Below are positions 1 through 13,819 of a stretch of DNA of 64,000 nucleotides, piece by piece. Each line of letters opens with the position of its first letter. The stretch's first letter is position 1. Origin of the DNA: Octopus sinensis (Eukaryota); the NCBI RefSeq assembly GCF_006345805.1, contig NC_043022.1:8494001-8558000 (forward strand), in the 5' to 3' direction. The translations under genes and the position numbers were made by a program. Below the pieces are notes generated by a model. That model saw only the letters and a list, made by a program, of their open reading frames with translations, ran no database searches and had not been told where the DNA came from.

Positions 1-1758
1 ATAGAAAATCTGTCTTAATAAACTCTGTTTGACCAATAATGATGATGAGGAGGAGGATTTTATCTGCAATAACTGTTGTTGTTGTTGAGCTCCAGGTCAG
101 CCCAAATGGAACAGATCTATGATCAAAACCATGATCACCCTATCTTTATGTGTTTAGGCAGAGTGTGTTCAAATCTATATTGTCTAATATGTCTTTTCTT
201 TCTAATTTCAAACTTTTATATAATTTGAAGTGCTTTAGAGGTTTTTCCTTCTTTTTTTTTGATTGCATAAGTGTTACTTTTAATGATAATATTTATGTTT
301 GACTGGACATCTTGTCAAATTTTCATATGGTATATCAGTAGAATTAGTTGTTATTTGAATTTATGGAGAGGACAGTCTTTGAAATGGATTGCACTATACA
401 AAAATTTGTTTTTAACCCATTCAAGCTTTGGTGGTTTGTTCATATGATGCATACATAATTTGGTTTAAGTAGGGATAAATAATTTAGTTTGTTCAGAATT
501 TTGACACATGCTATATTAACGCTTTACCTGTTCTGTGTATCACATATTAGACACAAGACATATTTTCCTGAAGACAATTTACCATATATGATATACATTA
601 CCAAATTTTTTCAACAATCAAAATAATTTGGTCCTTATAAAAAGAAAGCTTTAAATTACTGAAAATATATGAAACAAGGGCTGACTAATTGTCTAAAAAT
701 TATTATAGTCGTTTGGGATAAACTTATGAAAATGCTTTGGACAGGCAAAGGGTTAATGACTAGCCTGTACAACTCTGAAGCATCAAGGGATCTATTGCTC
801 ATTTCTGTTTGAAATTGTTTGAAAATCTGTGCCATAAGTTTTTTACAAGTTCTCTTCAAGGTAGTCCCTACATAGTCATACAGTTTAACCATTAAATCTC
901 TTTCAAATCACATTCATTTGAAATCCATGCATATAGTTTCTACATGTTTACTACAAGATAACCTCTATATAGTCACTCTATCTGTTTGAAGTAACAACCA
1001 AATCTCTCTCAAATCACATTTTACTATCTAAAATAAATTAATAAATGGAGTCGCTGATATAAATCTTCTTAAACAGGGCTGTCTATGGTCTTTTTCTTTT
1101 TTAGTTATATATAAATTTATGTGTGTACTACATAAGATATACCGTAATTATTCTTAGTAAGTTATTTTTCACCAAAAGTACTCAACAAATATTCATAAAG
1201 TTAATTGGGGCTGTGACACAAATCTTCAGAAAAAAAAGAAAGAGCTAACTTCTGATAAATGACATAAAGAAAGTATGTATGATCTCCCTATGTAGTAAAT
1301 CTTACTCTGGAACATTCTAATTTGAGAAGTGTATCTCTCATCATGTGGTGCAAAAAGAGAGAATGATTTTGAACATTCACTGCTTAGTATGGACTAATGT
1401 ACTGAAAAGCTCAACTTTGCATATAGGTCCCAGAGTGATTTTTAAAGAGAATTTTTTAATAAAAAGCATGTCTTGTATGCCATCTTGTTCTGAATATGGT
1501 GCCACAACTATTGCCAAAGCAAAAGCCAGAAGCAAACGTCATGGTTTCAGTATGGCAATAAGTTCATGCAAAAGTTAAAATGTTAATTTACTTCCCTAAT
1601 ACAAATATGTCTGTGCTACATTATCAAAGCCATCATGAACATCACAGCAAATATCACAACTAACTATTTCATCTTTAGAAATCTTTATCTCCAGTCTAAG
1701 ACGTCATATTGAGGTAGACAGAAATTTTGTTGCTTATAACTTTTTTTTGCGTATGTGA

Positions 1759-1765
<7 letters not shown>

Positions 1766-1797
<32 letters not shown>
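1766..1797. repeat. (TA)n microsatellite, representative of dozens of (TA)n/(CA)n/(TG)n tracts in the window
   Basis: Pure TA dinucleotide run read directly. Confidence 0.95.
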
Positions 1798-1799
<2 letters not shown>

Positions 1800-3094
1800 A
1801 TAAAAATATTTGTATTATGTATATATATTTACTAAATAAGAAATAATATTTGTATGTATTAAATAAAATTATCAACAGGCTTAGAAAATTAAGAAAAAAA
1901 AAAGAAATTTCTTTTATCATTTTCCATTTAATTTTTCTCATTTTCTTTTTAGTCTAATTTTCTCTAAGTGTATGCATGATATCATTTAATGTATGCTTGG
2001 CATACATACATACATACAATTCAATCTATATTTATATAACATTCTGTATGTGTATTATCACATATGTAAACCAAACACAAGCTATGACTAAATAAGTAGA
2101 ATATAAAACTAAGGTGGTGGTTTGGAAGAGTCAGTAAAATGTCTGTGAAAAGCTGTTTACTGATATTTAGTTTGACTTTTTTAAGTTCTGAGTTCAAATC
2201 TCAACAAAGCTAACTTGGTCTTTCATCATTGAAGTTAATAAAATAAGTAAACTAGTAGTGAGATTGAAATAATCAACTACCTACCTGTACATGGTTTGTC
2301 TGTTACTTGATAGAGGGAGCCTTGAAATTGTTGCGTGACTTATTAGAAATAGCAGCCAAATTTCCTTCAAATCACATTCCTGTGACAAATCATGTGACAA
2401 TCAAATTGACTGTTCTAAGTAACATTTTTTCTAGGTTGTCTTGAGAATGACTTTGTGTTTCCTCTTTGGCCCACCATGTGACTGAGAGCAAACTGGTAGT
2501 TTTCCAAAGAAAATTTGTTGAGGAAGTCTAGAATGCATGTAATAAGACAAGTCTACTTGAGGAAGTCTATAATGCATGCAACAAGTCCAGTCAACCTCAG
2601 TTGGAATTTACTTAGGAAAACATATATGCATGACAGTTCACTGTCTTGGACTGCTCTATTATTTATTGACTCTGGATGGATGAAAAGCAAAGTTGATCTT
2701 GCTAGGATTGGAATCAGTATTCAGAAAGTTACCATAAATAATGCAAAGCATTCCATCCAATTAATATACGATGTGTGTGTGTGTGTGTGTGTGTTTGTGC
2801 ATACAAATGTGTATGTGTGTATACAAATGTGTGCGTGTATACAAATATGTGCATGGTCATGTGTAAATATTGTGTATGACCATGTGTAAATATTGTATGT
2901 GTACAAATGTAAGCATGTGTGGGTACATGTACTATCAACAGTATAGGACTTAACAAAAATTATAGTTCAAATGAGTACTTGATATATATGGTGGAGGCGT
3001 TTATTAGTAATCAACATTATGGATGAGTTTCATCTGTTTTAATGCATCTAGTAAGATTATTGTAAGATTGTTGAACTGTAGAGCTGATACACAC

Positions 3095-3460
3095 ACACGT
3101 ACCTTTTATCATGTTTCAGTCAATAGACTGTGGCCATGTGAGTGCACCACCTTGAAGAATTTTTGTTTGAATGAATTGACCCTAGTAATTTTTTTAAAGC
3201 CAAGTACCTATTCCACAGGTCTCTTCTACTGAACCTCTAAGTTACAGGGACGCAAACACCCCAATATCAGTTATCAAGTGGTGGTGAACACACACACACA
3301 AACATGATGGGCTTCTTTCAGTTTCTGTCTACCAAATCCACTCACAAGACTTTAGTTGGCCTAAGGCTATAGTAGAAGACACTTACCAAAGGTGCCACAC
3401 AGTGGGATTGAATCCAGAACTATGTGATTGAGAAGTAAGCTTCTTAACCATACAGTCACA
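3095..3460 (-). mobile_element. tRNA-derived SINE, family B (decayed copy)
   Basis: Reverse complement matches the head, body (GTGAGTGGATTTGGTAGACAGAAACTGAAAGAAGCCC) and 3' part of the well-preserved copy at 60242-60887. Confidence 0.8.
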
Positions 3461-3484
3461 TCTGTACCTATGTATATATATGTA

Positions 3485-3522
<38 letters not shown>

Positions 3523-3575
3523 GTGTGTGTGTGTGTGCGCGTGTATGCATGTATGCATGCATTTATGCATATGTG

Positions 3576-3606
<31 letters not shown>

Positions 3607-5160
3607 TAGTAAACGTATCCATCCTTTGGATGGTTTAAGTTGCTTTGGTGGTATTTTTCCCCAAATAATTGAACTACCTAAACTGTTTATGAGTCGCATG
3701 GCAATCTATATTTCTGATTAACCTAGGAACGGAAAATTAAATTGAAGGCTGGTTATTGTGGAGGTTGTTGCACTTTAATGATCATAGAACATATAAGTTT
3801 GCAAGTGATGCAAAGTAGAGCTACTGAAGTGTTTTGGGAGTAGATTACAGATGACTACAAAATATATTTGTTTTGAATGCGAAATTTCTTGTCAGAAACA
3901 GCCACATAAATGCTACTCCCCCACATCAGTTGAGGGGTCTTGTTTTGCAAGTTACCTGGTGACCTCATCAGTGCTGGTACTCCATAAAAATCACCCAGTA
4001 CCCTCTGTAAAGTAATTGGCTTTAGGAAGGGCACTGAGCCACAGAAACCATGCTGAAGCAGACATAGCTTGGTACAGACTTCTGACTTGATGATGATGAG
4101 GATAATGTTTATTGTAGTATATGTTGTTCTTCATAAAACTCACACATTGCTTTACTGGTAATTTACCTACAATTTCTGCACCAGTGGACATTCACTTTTC
4201 CTCAAGGTTCCAATTTAAGCGTGTAGACAACTAAAAGATCTAGGTGAGTGCTGCATTGAAAATATACCACTACACACACACACACACACATACTGCATGT
4301 GTGTGTGTATGTTCAATATAATCCTAGTTCATTATTAATTTAACATGTTTATAGTTCACTGAGTGTGCAATCACTGTTAAATAGAAAGTAAGTAACTGGT
4401 GCGCTTGCATATTGCCTGTTGTAGCTAATTCACAATGCTTATAGTGATTACCAAGCATAGTGAGTGGGTGGGTAAGTGGGGCTAATATGAATGTCATAAT
4501 CCTGTTTTCTCCTAGTCTTAAAAGTTTTGGTGAGGGCGTGTGGTCTTGTGGTTAAGGCGTTGCACTCATGATTGCAATGTCATTATTTCAATTCCTGGCC
4601 CTGAGTGGGCATTGTGCTCTCGAGTAAAGCACTTCATTTCACATTCTTTCAGTTTCCTCAGCTGTAAATAAATAACTTTGTGATGAATTGGTGTCCCACT
4701 CAGGGGAAATATTGTGATCTCAGTCACTTTCATGTCATGGAAACTGATTGTTGCCTCATCATCCTTGGACTCGAGACAATACTTGTGTTTTTTTTTTTTT
4801 GTTTTTTCCTACTTAAAAATCCTAAGCTTTATGCTTCTCCACATTGGCAACAAGAAATTGTCAATTAGCAAAGGAGAATCTACATGATTTGATAATGTTG
4901 GAAAGAAATAGCGGCCAAAATTGCCATCACTATCTTAAAATGTATCTTAAAAGGAGAATATATTGCTTAACTGTGTCAGCCTATCTGAAAAGAAAAATAA
5001 CCTTCATCAGCTTACTCTATCAGTGCTTAACTGTAACTATCACAACAACTATCACAACTCACTGCCACTACTATCACCAAATGAAATATTGTATTAGAAT
5101 CGTTATAAAACATGTTTAATATCACAGTTATCTCTTTATCAACCTATAAAGCTGTAAATA

Positions 5161-6021
5161 CTCAGTAAATTATATGACTGTGTATTTTTGCTCTCTCATT
5201 CACTGTGTGTGTGTGTGTATAAGTAAAAAAAACTACAGGGAAACCAACAGATCCCAGCACAGAAGTTGAACCTTGCATCCATCCATTACAATCGGTTTGT
5301 GTTACTGATCACACCGAGTGGCATTTGAAAGACTTTGACTGTCAAAATAACAAATAAAAACATTGATTTTAGTGGATAAGGTTGACAGTCTAGTCTTGCT
5401 TCATGTCTCAAGAGAATTGCCAACAATTTAACAGCTACTTAACCACAGTAGGCTGCACATAGCTGTCCTATGCACCCATATATAATTTATACTAATGATT
5501 CTTAGTAATTTATGTCACAGCTAATTACCATTCATATTCTGTGGATGCTCTAAGTCATAAATACAGTGGAACTTCTTTGTAATATTGGTCTGTTAGATGC
5601 TAATTAGTACAGCCTGTCTGCTAGTGGTTAAGTAGATGCTAAATTGTCTGTGATCCTCATGAGACATGACAGGAGACTAGTTTGTTAAGCTTATTAGGCA
5701 AAAGAATGTTTATATATGCTATTTCAACAGCTGAATTCTTTCAGAGGCCACTTGGTGTAATCAGTAACATGATTGCCCAGTAAACAACAGATACATGATT
5801 TGGCTCCCATGCTAGCAGATGTCACAGATATGAAGGCTCAGTAAATTATATGATTGTATGTGCTCTCTCTCTCATTCACTGTATGCATGTGTAAGGTGTG
5901 TAGCCAAAGACAAGAAAGCCAACAGATCCTGCATAGAAGTTGAACCATGCATCCATCTGCTTCAGTTAGTTTATTACTGATCACACTAAATGTTATTTGA
6001 AAGACTTTGGCTGTCAAAATA
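5161..6021. repeat. Composite repeat: ~185-bp direct repeats (5161-5349, 5837-6021) overlapping a ~160-bp-arm inverted repeat (5300-5458 / 5608-5769), with tRNA-like modules
   Basis: Both direct copies run CTCAGTAAATTATATGA...TTTGAAAGACTTTGRCTGTCAAAATA. The reverse complement of 5608-5769 aligns to 5300-5458 (e.g. CTAGTCT..TCATGTCTCA.GAG, CTACTTAACCAC). Confidence 0.75.
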
Positions 6022-6536
6022 TATGCTAACTTATATCTAAATATAGATATATGATATTAAATATATATGCTTAATAACAATTTCACTCAGTTCCATTTGA
6101 CTTTAAGTTTCATGGGTGCACAAGACATGTATATCTCATCAGAGGCTAGGAGCTCCTAGCATCTGATGACATGTCCTACATAGCTATATCTACCTATTAT
6201 TGAATATCCTAGCTTTTATATAGCTAAGGGTACTCCATACAACACATCCATCCTGTTTTAAAACAGCTGGGTACAGTGTGTTACAATTTGGCAGCTATTT
6301 TTATCAGATTGACCATCTGCCTAGAACTTCAGACTATCCTCTTGTGATAGAAAAGTGAGACTTATTGAAGTTATTTCTGATCATTTCACATAAACTCAGC
6401 TGTTCTTGCTGTTTTTGTTCTTGTTCAAACCAAGGTCAACTCCGATCACTCATACCCAAGATCTATAGTATGTCAGCCATCATCATCCTGTCATTTTAAG
6501 GATATCTAAGACTTTAATATATAATGTATCTTTCTT

Positions 6537-6810
6537 GTATTTGGTTTGCAAGATTCTTGATGTAAACTCATATATCAAAACATATGTTGTTGTCTTGGGA
6601 GGGTCATTATGCCAATAATAAACATATGCACTGGTTCAATTTCACTTCATTTCTTGAAATTTTTCTATTAGTTAACTATTTAATCAATTAACTAATTGGT
6701 TATTTGATTAATTGTTCAATCAGTCACTCAATTAACTAGGTTTGTTAAAGTCCATTTTTCATCATTCACAACCTTATCACTCTACTCCAAGTCTGCTTCA
6801 GGTATGTCTC
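6537..6810 (+). mobile_element. Partial copy of the foldback/MITE-like family (further copies ~6987-7200, ~10235-10535, 25205-25575)
   Basis: Shared motif GGAGGGTCATTATGCCAA..ATAAACATATGCACTGGTTC followed by TTAATCAATT-rich sequence. Confidence 0.7.
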
Positions 6811-8194
6811 AATCTTTTCTCAGATATTACATGTCTTGAACCACCTCATTCACTTTGTACTTTCTTCTCTATGACAGTACAGTTAAATATGATAAAGATT
6901 TAGTTGCTATTTTATAGCAGATCGAGTCACCAATTAGATACTTCCTCTCTCCCTTATTTTCTCTGTGTGTGTCATTGTTTTTATTTTTGTATTTGGTTTG
7001 CAGGATTCTTTATGTGAACTCATGTATTAAAACATATTTTGTTGTATCTCTGGAGGGTCATTATGCCAGTATCAAACATACACTGGTTCTATTTCACATC
7101 TTTATTATTTATTTGTCAATTGGTTAATCATTTAGCCAATTAACTGATCAATTGTTTGATTAATCATTTAGTCAATCAATCACTCATCTAAGTTTGTCAA
7201 AGTCCTTTTCTTGCATTTTGTGACTTCATTGATGACATGCTCTCTCTGCACTAGATCTGCTTCAGGTCTGCCTGTCTCTGATATATCTTTCCTTTTATTC
7301 AAGATGGTGGGGTATGATCTGAGGGATACTTTAGCAGCTAATTCTATCATGTTGATTGACCACAGGCTTCCTCTTTGGCTTATTTCTCTATGGACAAAGA
7401 GCTGAAACACACTGAAGCTTATTGCTGTTTGTTTATATGGCATCAGATTATCATCATAGGTAGCTGTCATAATTCTTGGCACAACTGTGGAGAATATTCG
7501 TATAAATCTTAGCAAAGACAGAGAATTTCAAAGAAGCAACACATGCTGCTGTCACCAATCCTATAATCTCTTCCATTATATATCTCAATACATCTGTTTC
7601 CTAAATACATCTGATGAATGGCAGAGTAGGTTAACCATTTCATTGTGAGGTTAAATTTCAATAATAATGTTAAATATCTACCAAAAAAATAGAACTGGTG
7701 TTTTCTGCAAGTCACATTGCCTCAATAAACTTGACACATCTCAACAGAAAGTAGTTTCAACATGACATTCCTCTACAAAATATGGTTTGGTATATAAACT
7801 GCTTTCTGAAGTTAAAGGTAGTTAAATTTTGACTGGATATATCTGATTTCCATACTAAAAGAATTAAAGAAGAACATATAAATCACCACCACCACCATCA
7901 TCATTTAGTGTCTGTGTTTTATGATGGTATGGGCTGGACTAACTACCTTCCAATGTGTACCAAGTGTATTTCTCATGCCACTGACATAAGGGGGGGGCGT
8001 CACCATGTTGTTCACAAGACAATGAAACCTGAAGTGGGTGAGTAGCTATATGCTGGCAGATGATGAGTCCAAGGACTACATTATGCTTCAATATCAGCTA
8101 TGATCGAATTTCAAGGACAACAATGTGTTTCCTTATCTAAAAAAGTTTTTAAAAAAACAATAAACAAAGAGAACCTATTCATGGCTGTCAGACA

Positions 8195-8559
8195 ATTTCT
8201 GTGACCATATCACTCATAACATCTGGCCACCCAACTCCCTAGACTGCAATCCCTTTGATTGATGTGTGATTATTGAGTGAGAGACCAACAAAACACCTTG
8301 TAACACCAAAGATGAACTGAAGGCAAGGATTATGGCAGCAGTCACCAACTTAAGCAAGAGCTGTTCAGAAGAGTTGCAGGAGATTCTGAAGTTGTCTGGA
8401 GGCTGTAGTTGAAGCCAGTGGCGATTTTGTTGTATAAATTTACTCTTTAGTATTTCAAGATATTTTTATGCAATTTTGGTAATATATCTGTTAAAATAAG
8501 ATGTCACTGTTATTTTCATTTTTGTGTAATTTGGCCAACAATATATTCACTGCACCCTG
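8195..8559 (+). mobile_element. Tc1/mariner-superfamily (maT/rosa-like) transposon 3' fragment with right TIR
   Basis: Translation from 8224 gives WPPNSLDCNP (cf. WPPNSPDLNP), then ETNKTPCNTKDELKARIMAA...CLEAVVEASGDF with stops and frameshifts. The fragment ends CACCCTG|TA, i.e. a CAGGGTG terminus plus TA target. Confidence 0.85.
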
Positions 8560-8623
8560 TATATATATATATATAATGAGGGGATAGTCTATTCCATATA
8601 TATAAATTTGTGTGTGTGTATAT

Positions 8624-8666
<43 letters not shown>

Positions 8667-9227
8667 ATATATAATATATATATATATATGTACTCACATG
8701 CAATGTAGTATTTATGGCATACCTACACAAGTGTGCCCTCACATAGCTTTAAGGAAAAAGTGCATTTTTAATGAAATTTTTTCTTTAAATACCTTTCATA
8801 TAGTGTAAATTACAATTGCATTAGAATTTAATAAAAAAAAATTTAATTAATGGGTGTGCACACTTTCTTATACATTTTTTTTCAAACTTTCAAATTTCAG
8901 TTTGTCGATATGTATATTTGCAAGCCCACCAATTTTCTTTCTTTACTTCCACATTGAATTCCAATATCACCATAATCCACACCAGGTACATGTAGAAAGT
9001 TTCATTAAAATAAAAATTTATTTTTCTTAATGTTATGAGGAAACAAAGTTGGGATGGGGTGGGGTGGGGGACGTGTTGGCATGTCATAATTATACACAGT
9101 TGATTTTGTGACAAATTGTTTTTGTCGTGCATTGATACATGCATACACATTCCTGCTGGTCAATATATATATATTTATCTATCTATGTTAATGGATTTAA
9201 CTTGCAAACGTACATATGTGTGTGTGT

Positions 9228-9267
<40 letters not shown>

Positions 9268-9391
9268 TCACACACACAGAGTTCTCAATTTAATTCCAAG
9301 AGGGTGCCTCAGCATGGTCGCAGTCCAAAAGAAGCACACACACACATATATACACTACAGTGGCATTAACTTATGTACATGCATTTATGTA

Positions 9392-9433
<42 letters not shown>

Positions 9434-9789
9434 ATTTAAGGGAAAGAGAGAGGAAGAGACATTGCTTGAGACGTACATACAGATCCATGTTGACGGCTAA
9501 ATGTATATTTAACATGCAAATGGTAAAGGGAGAGGGCACTTTAATGACCCCTCCTTCTCCGTTATAACCCCAGCCACCCTTATGTGTACAACAATTACAT
9601 GTACAGAAAGAATGGTGATGTGATGGGGTAGGACAGCTGCAAGGATAATGGAAAGCTGGGAGTTCTTCAGTAGAGTTATGAGTGAGTGATGGGGGTAGAT
9701 ATTGAAAGCATTTGTCATGTTTTGGTGGACCAAGTCTTTAACAAGTTACCACATGAATACATTGAGACACTGCAGATTGTAGAATAATT

Positions 9790-10120
9790 ACTGTTGTTTA
9801 GCCCTAGGTCAGTCCTGATCTTGTAGACTTGTGATCAAATGTGTTCCAGTTGTTACCATCCCGTATTTTATTCACACATGGTATATTTAGGACCATATTC
9901 TCTAATGTAACCTTCCTTCTTGTTGCTTAGCTCGAGGTCAGACCTGATCCAGTAGACCTTTGATCAAAAGTGTTCCTGCTGTGACCGTCCTGTCATTTAT
10001 CACATATGGTGTATCTAGGACTACATTACCTGATGTGTCCTTCTTTCTTTGTTGTTGTTTAACCTAAGTCAGCCCTGTTCGAGAGATCTATGAGGAAAGG
10101 TTTTCCAGCAGTGACCATCC
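9790..10120 (-). repeat. Three tandem ~130-bp units of SINE family E 3' region
   Basis: Repeated TTGTTGTTTAGCCC.AGGTCAG.CCTGATC..GTAGAC.T.TGATCAAA.GTGTTCC...GTGACCATCC. The same family recurs at about 80, 6410, 29085, 30150 and 39170. Confidence 0.75.
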
Positions 10121-11217
10121 AGTTTTACATATTTTATTATTTATTGAATCAGAGGAACATGTTTTTTTATTCAATTAAGCTAATTACAATTTGCTACTAG
10201 TAATTAACTGTAAAATTGAATATTTATTGTTTTTTTTTTGTATCTTGGAAGGGTCATTATGCAAATAAATACATGCACTGGTTCTATTTCCTTTCTAAAT
10301 TTTTTTAATTTGTCAATTGGTTGATTATTTAACTAATTAACTATTCAGTTGTTTGATTAGTCATTTGGTCAGTCAATCAGACCTGAAGTAAATGAGACAT
10401 ATCATTGATGAGGTCTTGAAAGGTGATGAAAGGACTTGGACCAGTTTTGCTGATTGATTGGTTTACCAAATGATTAATCGATTAGATAGTTGGTTAAATG
10501 GTTAGTCATGTAACAAATGAATAATAAAGAAGTGAATTATTTATCACCTGTGAATTTTCCATGGGTATTTACTGGTTCCTTTGATAAAGAGCTGTGATTC
10601 TGCTCCTCCTACATTAGTCACTTGAACACTGTCACAAAAGAAACCTTAAACCAATGAAAGAAAGTCTGTATGGTTGCTTCACTTGCTAGAAACAGCAGCC
10701 AAATCTCCCTACTATGTTATAAAAAGGATGTAAGCATTGGATATACGAACACACTCATTATTTCTATGAATGAGGGTTCTGCAAGACACAGCTGCACAGA
10801 GTCCTTAATACAATATTTTGTTGTGTAAAGGGAATGACCTATTTCCAGAGGCAATTCTATGTCATGCTAATTAACCCATACCTGGGACCAGAGTGGACCT
10901 AGAAACAATAATAGCTGAGAGGTGGTCATGACAGGAAAACTCTTGATTAAAGATAAGCTAAATCAGAACTAATCAAAGGCTAAAAAAGAAATCATTTTGT
11001 GAGACAAACCCTTTACATGAGCTAATGAAGAAGTCTTTACATGGGCTCTTGGTTTGCTAGAAATAGCAGCCAAATATTTCTCAAATCACATGCCATCTAA
11101 AATAAAAATGTTATGGTCAAACTCAAATATCTTCTTTTTAATTATAGGCCTTCTTGGTTAGGGTTGAGCTGGGATTAAACAGTAACAAAATCTTAATCCA
11201 TCTTGAACATAACCAGG

Positions 11218-11690
11218 TGCAGGCACAGCACTGTGGTAAGAAATTTACTTCCTGACCACATGGCTTCCAATTCAGTCCCATTGCATGGTAACTTAGACTA
11301 GTATCTTCCATTATAGCCCTGGACAACCAAAGAGGATTGCTCAGAAACTGAAAGAAGCACCTTGTATGTATGTTTGTATGCATGTATGTATATATGCACA
11401 CACACAATTACATGTATATGTGCACACATGTGCATGCATACACACATACATATGAATGTGTGTGTGTGTGTTACTTTCTCTTTGTCTTGACTCTGATAGT
11501 TGTAAATAAGTGTCACCATCATACAAACTGTCCTTTGTTTCCAGTCTTCTGAGAAAACATGCCAAGCCACCTGGAAACAGGTGAGTGTTCATGCCAAGGA
11601 AGGTATCTGGCCTTAGAAAAAATGTGTTCCTCAACAAATTCTGTCCCGCTCATGCAAGCATGGAAAAGTAGACATTAAAATGATGATGAT
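11218..11690 (+). mobile_element. SINE with family-B head and an alternative 3' region ending in (GAT)n (related copies ~27335-27560, 29475-29710, 48955-49345, 49693-50095)
   Basis: Head CTGTGGTAAGAA.TTTACTTCC..ACCACATGG; tail CATGCAAGCATGGAAAAGTAGACATTAAAATGATGATGATG. Confidence 0.75.
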
Positions 11691-12131
11691 GAACCTCTTC
11701 TTTTAGCCATTTTTATACCAATTCGTTAGAGGCTTCTTCTGCTTACATGACTCAAAAATCAGCTGTTTATTAATTTTCATGTGCTTTCAAAAATTATGTT
11801 CCAAACATAAATATAAGGAAAAAATACAGTTATAATAGTTATTTAGACTAAAACACTTGAAATATTTGATAGTTTTCAAAATTAATTGAAACAAATGTGC
11901 AGCTTATTTAATTAGAAATACAGTCAGAAAGTGGTTAAATTCTAAAATTCAAACCAGTAGCTTAACTGTTGTTAGTTACAGTTGGTGTGTCAATAAAAGC
12001 ATTCATTTGATTAGGTACATCTTTTCTATAATTAAGTCTGTGAAAACATATTTAATGAAGAAACCATTAAACTACTGACACACAGCTGTCAATCACAAGT
12101 GAGTACGATTTCATAGTTATTTAATTGTTAA

Positions 12132-12353
12132 TTCTTTATTGCCCACAAAGGGCTAAACATAGAGGGGACAAACAAGGACAGACAAGCGGATTAAGTCGAT
12201 TATATCGACCCCAGTGCGTAACTGGTACTTATTTAATCGACCCCAAAAGGATGAAAGGCAAAGTCGACCTTGGCAGAATTTGAACTTAGAACGTAGCGGC
12301 TGACGAAATACCATTAGGCATTTCGCCCAGCGTGCTAACAATTCTGCCAGCTC
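12132..12353 (-). mobile_element. tRNA-derived SINE, family C
   Basis: Reverse complement is near-identical to 21833-22063 (GAGCTGGCAGAA..GTTAGCACGC, GTTCAAATTC B-box-like, TTTGCCTTTCATCCTTT.GGGGTCGAT). Confidence 0.9.
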
Positions 12354-12907
12354 TCCCTGGTATAGATATCACTCTTACCTGTAGCTCTAAGTCCTGTTTG
12401 CATCCATAACCTGGTAAACAGCTTTGACTACTAGGCAAAACTGGATGAGAGTAGCCAGCATGCATGTAACTCTTGGTGAGTTAGGACTTGCTTACCTATA
12501 CATGCAAAGACTAGATCCAATGGACTTTGTAGAAAAAAAAATATTTTCTCATGAGAGAGTGAGGTTGGAGGTGCTCATCTCTTCTTCACTTTAAACAAAG
12601 TCACCCAGGATAACTAAATGGTCCCTGTCTTTGCAACAGATGAATATGCAATTTCAAGTAGACAGTCAACCTATTTCATCCTTCCACGCTTGGCTTAGTG
12701 GAACATCTAAGATGTGATGAAAAGTGACAGGAGAGAAAGAACTGTACTACCACAAGACTATTATTTATTTTCAGCTGTTTAAACTGGAACAACATTGAAT
12801 GAAATGTCTTGTTCAAGGGTACAATGCAGGAAACCAACGAACCCAGAATTTTATGATCTGGAGTTCAGCATCCTAACTACTGAGCTATGTACTTTCCCAA
12901 TAAACTA

Positions 12908-13111
12908 CTAACTAGAAAGAAAATAATTATGCAATGAGGAAACAAACAATGTTAATTAGGGACTAATTAAGTTAATATTAACATGTTCAATGCAGTGAGC
13001 ATTAAAAAGCTAACTAGAAATAATTATGCAGTATAGAAAGACGATATTAGTTAATGAATAATTAAGTTAGTGTTAACCTGTTCAATGTAGTGAACATTAA
13101 AAAAAAGCTAA
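12908..13111. repeat. Diverged tandem duplication, 2 x ~100 bp
   Basis: ACTAGAAA..ATAATTATGCA...TAATTAAGTTA.T.TTAAC.TGTTCAATG.AGTGA.CATTAAAAAGCTAA occurs twice head-to-tail. Confidence 0.7.
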
Positions 13112-13819
13112 TGTAAATTGGTAAAGAAAAACTAAATTTATTAATAATAATATTTTCATGTTTTTTCAAATTGATCTTCTTTTTATTTAAGCAGATAGCA
13201 TCTCTGAATTATTCATTGATTTTTCTCTTAACATTTCTATTTTCCTTTGCCACATTTCTATTTTCCTTTGCCAATCAATATATATATATAATATTGTAGA
13301 TTTACTTAGTTATTCTCTCATCAATTCTTCAGAAAGTATGGTGGAATCTTTGCATTGTTGATGAAGATACAATAAACTTAAATATGTCCTGAGTTGTTTC
13401 CCATCCTTAGCAGAAGAATAAAAATCATGTTAATTAATGACTAAAATTATTTTTGGTCTCACCTCATAATCATTTATAATAGATTATTTATACTCATTGC
13501 ATTAAATATAACACTAACTAAACAAATGTTATACACACATAAGCAAATGTTATACTTTCTCTTTCACTCAGCCCCTCTCCCACTCATCTCTCTGCCCCCA
13601 ACAATCATCTCCACTTTACAATTGGTATTGGTTTGTTAAAATTCCTGTAACCTAGTGGTTAGGCAAAAGGGATTAATTGAATAAATATTAGATTTTAAAA
13701 AAATAAAGTACTGAGGTTGATTTGTTTGACTAAAAACCCTTCATGACAGTGCTCTAGCATGGCCACAGTCCATTGTCAAAAACAAGTAAAAAAAAAAGAT
13801 ATATATATAATTTTGAGGT

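Noticed and set aside
7180-7715. Candidate exon-like unique sequence (also ~14600-15010, ~33510-33630, ~43465-43720)
   Set aside because: No recognisable protein similarity and no consistent acceptor-ORF-donor combination.
11700-11940. Possible third TTAA-type MITE
   Set aside because: The right end resembles GG|TTAA but the left TIR and TSD are too degenerate to support.
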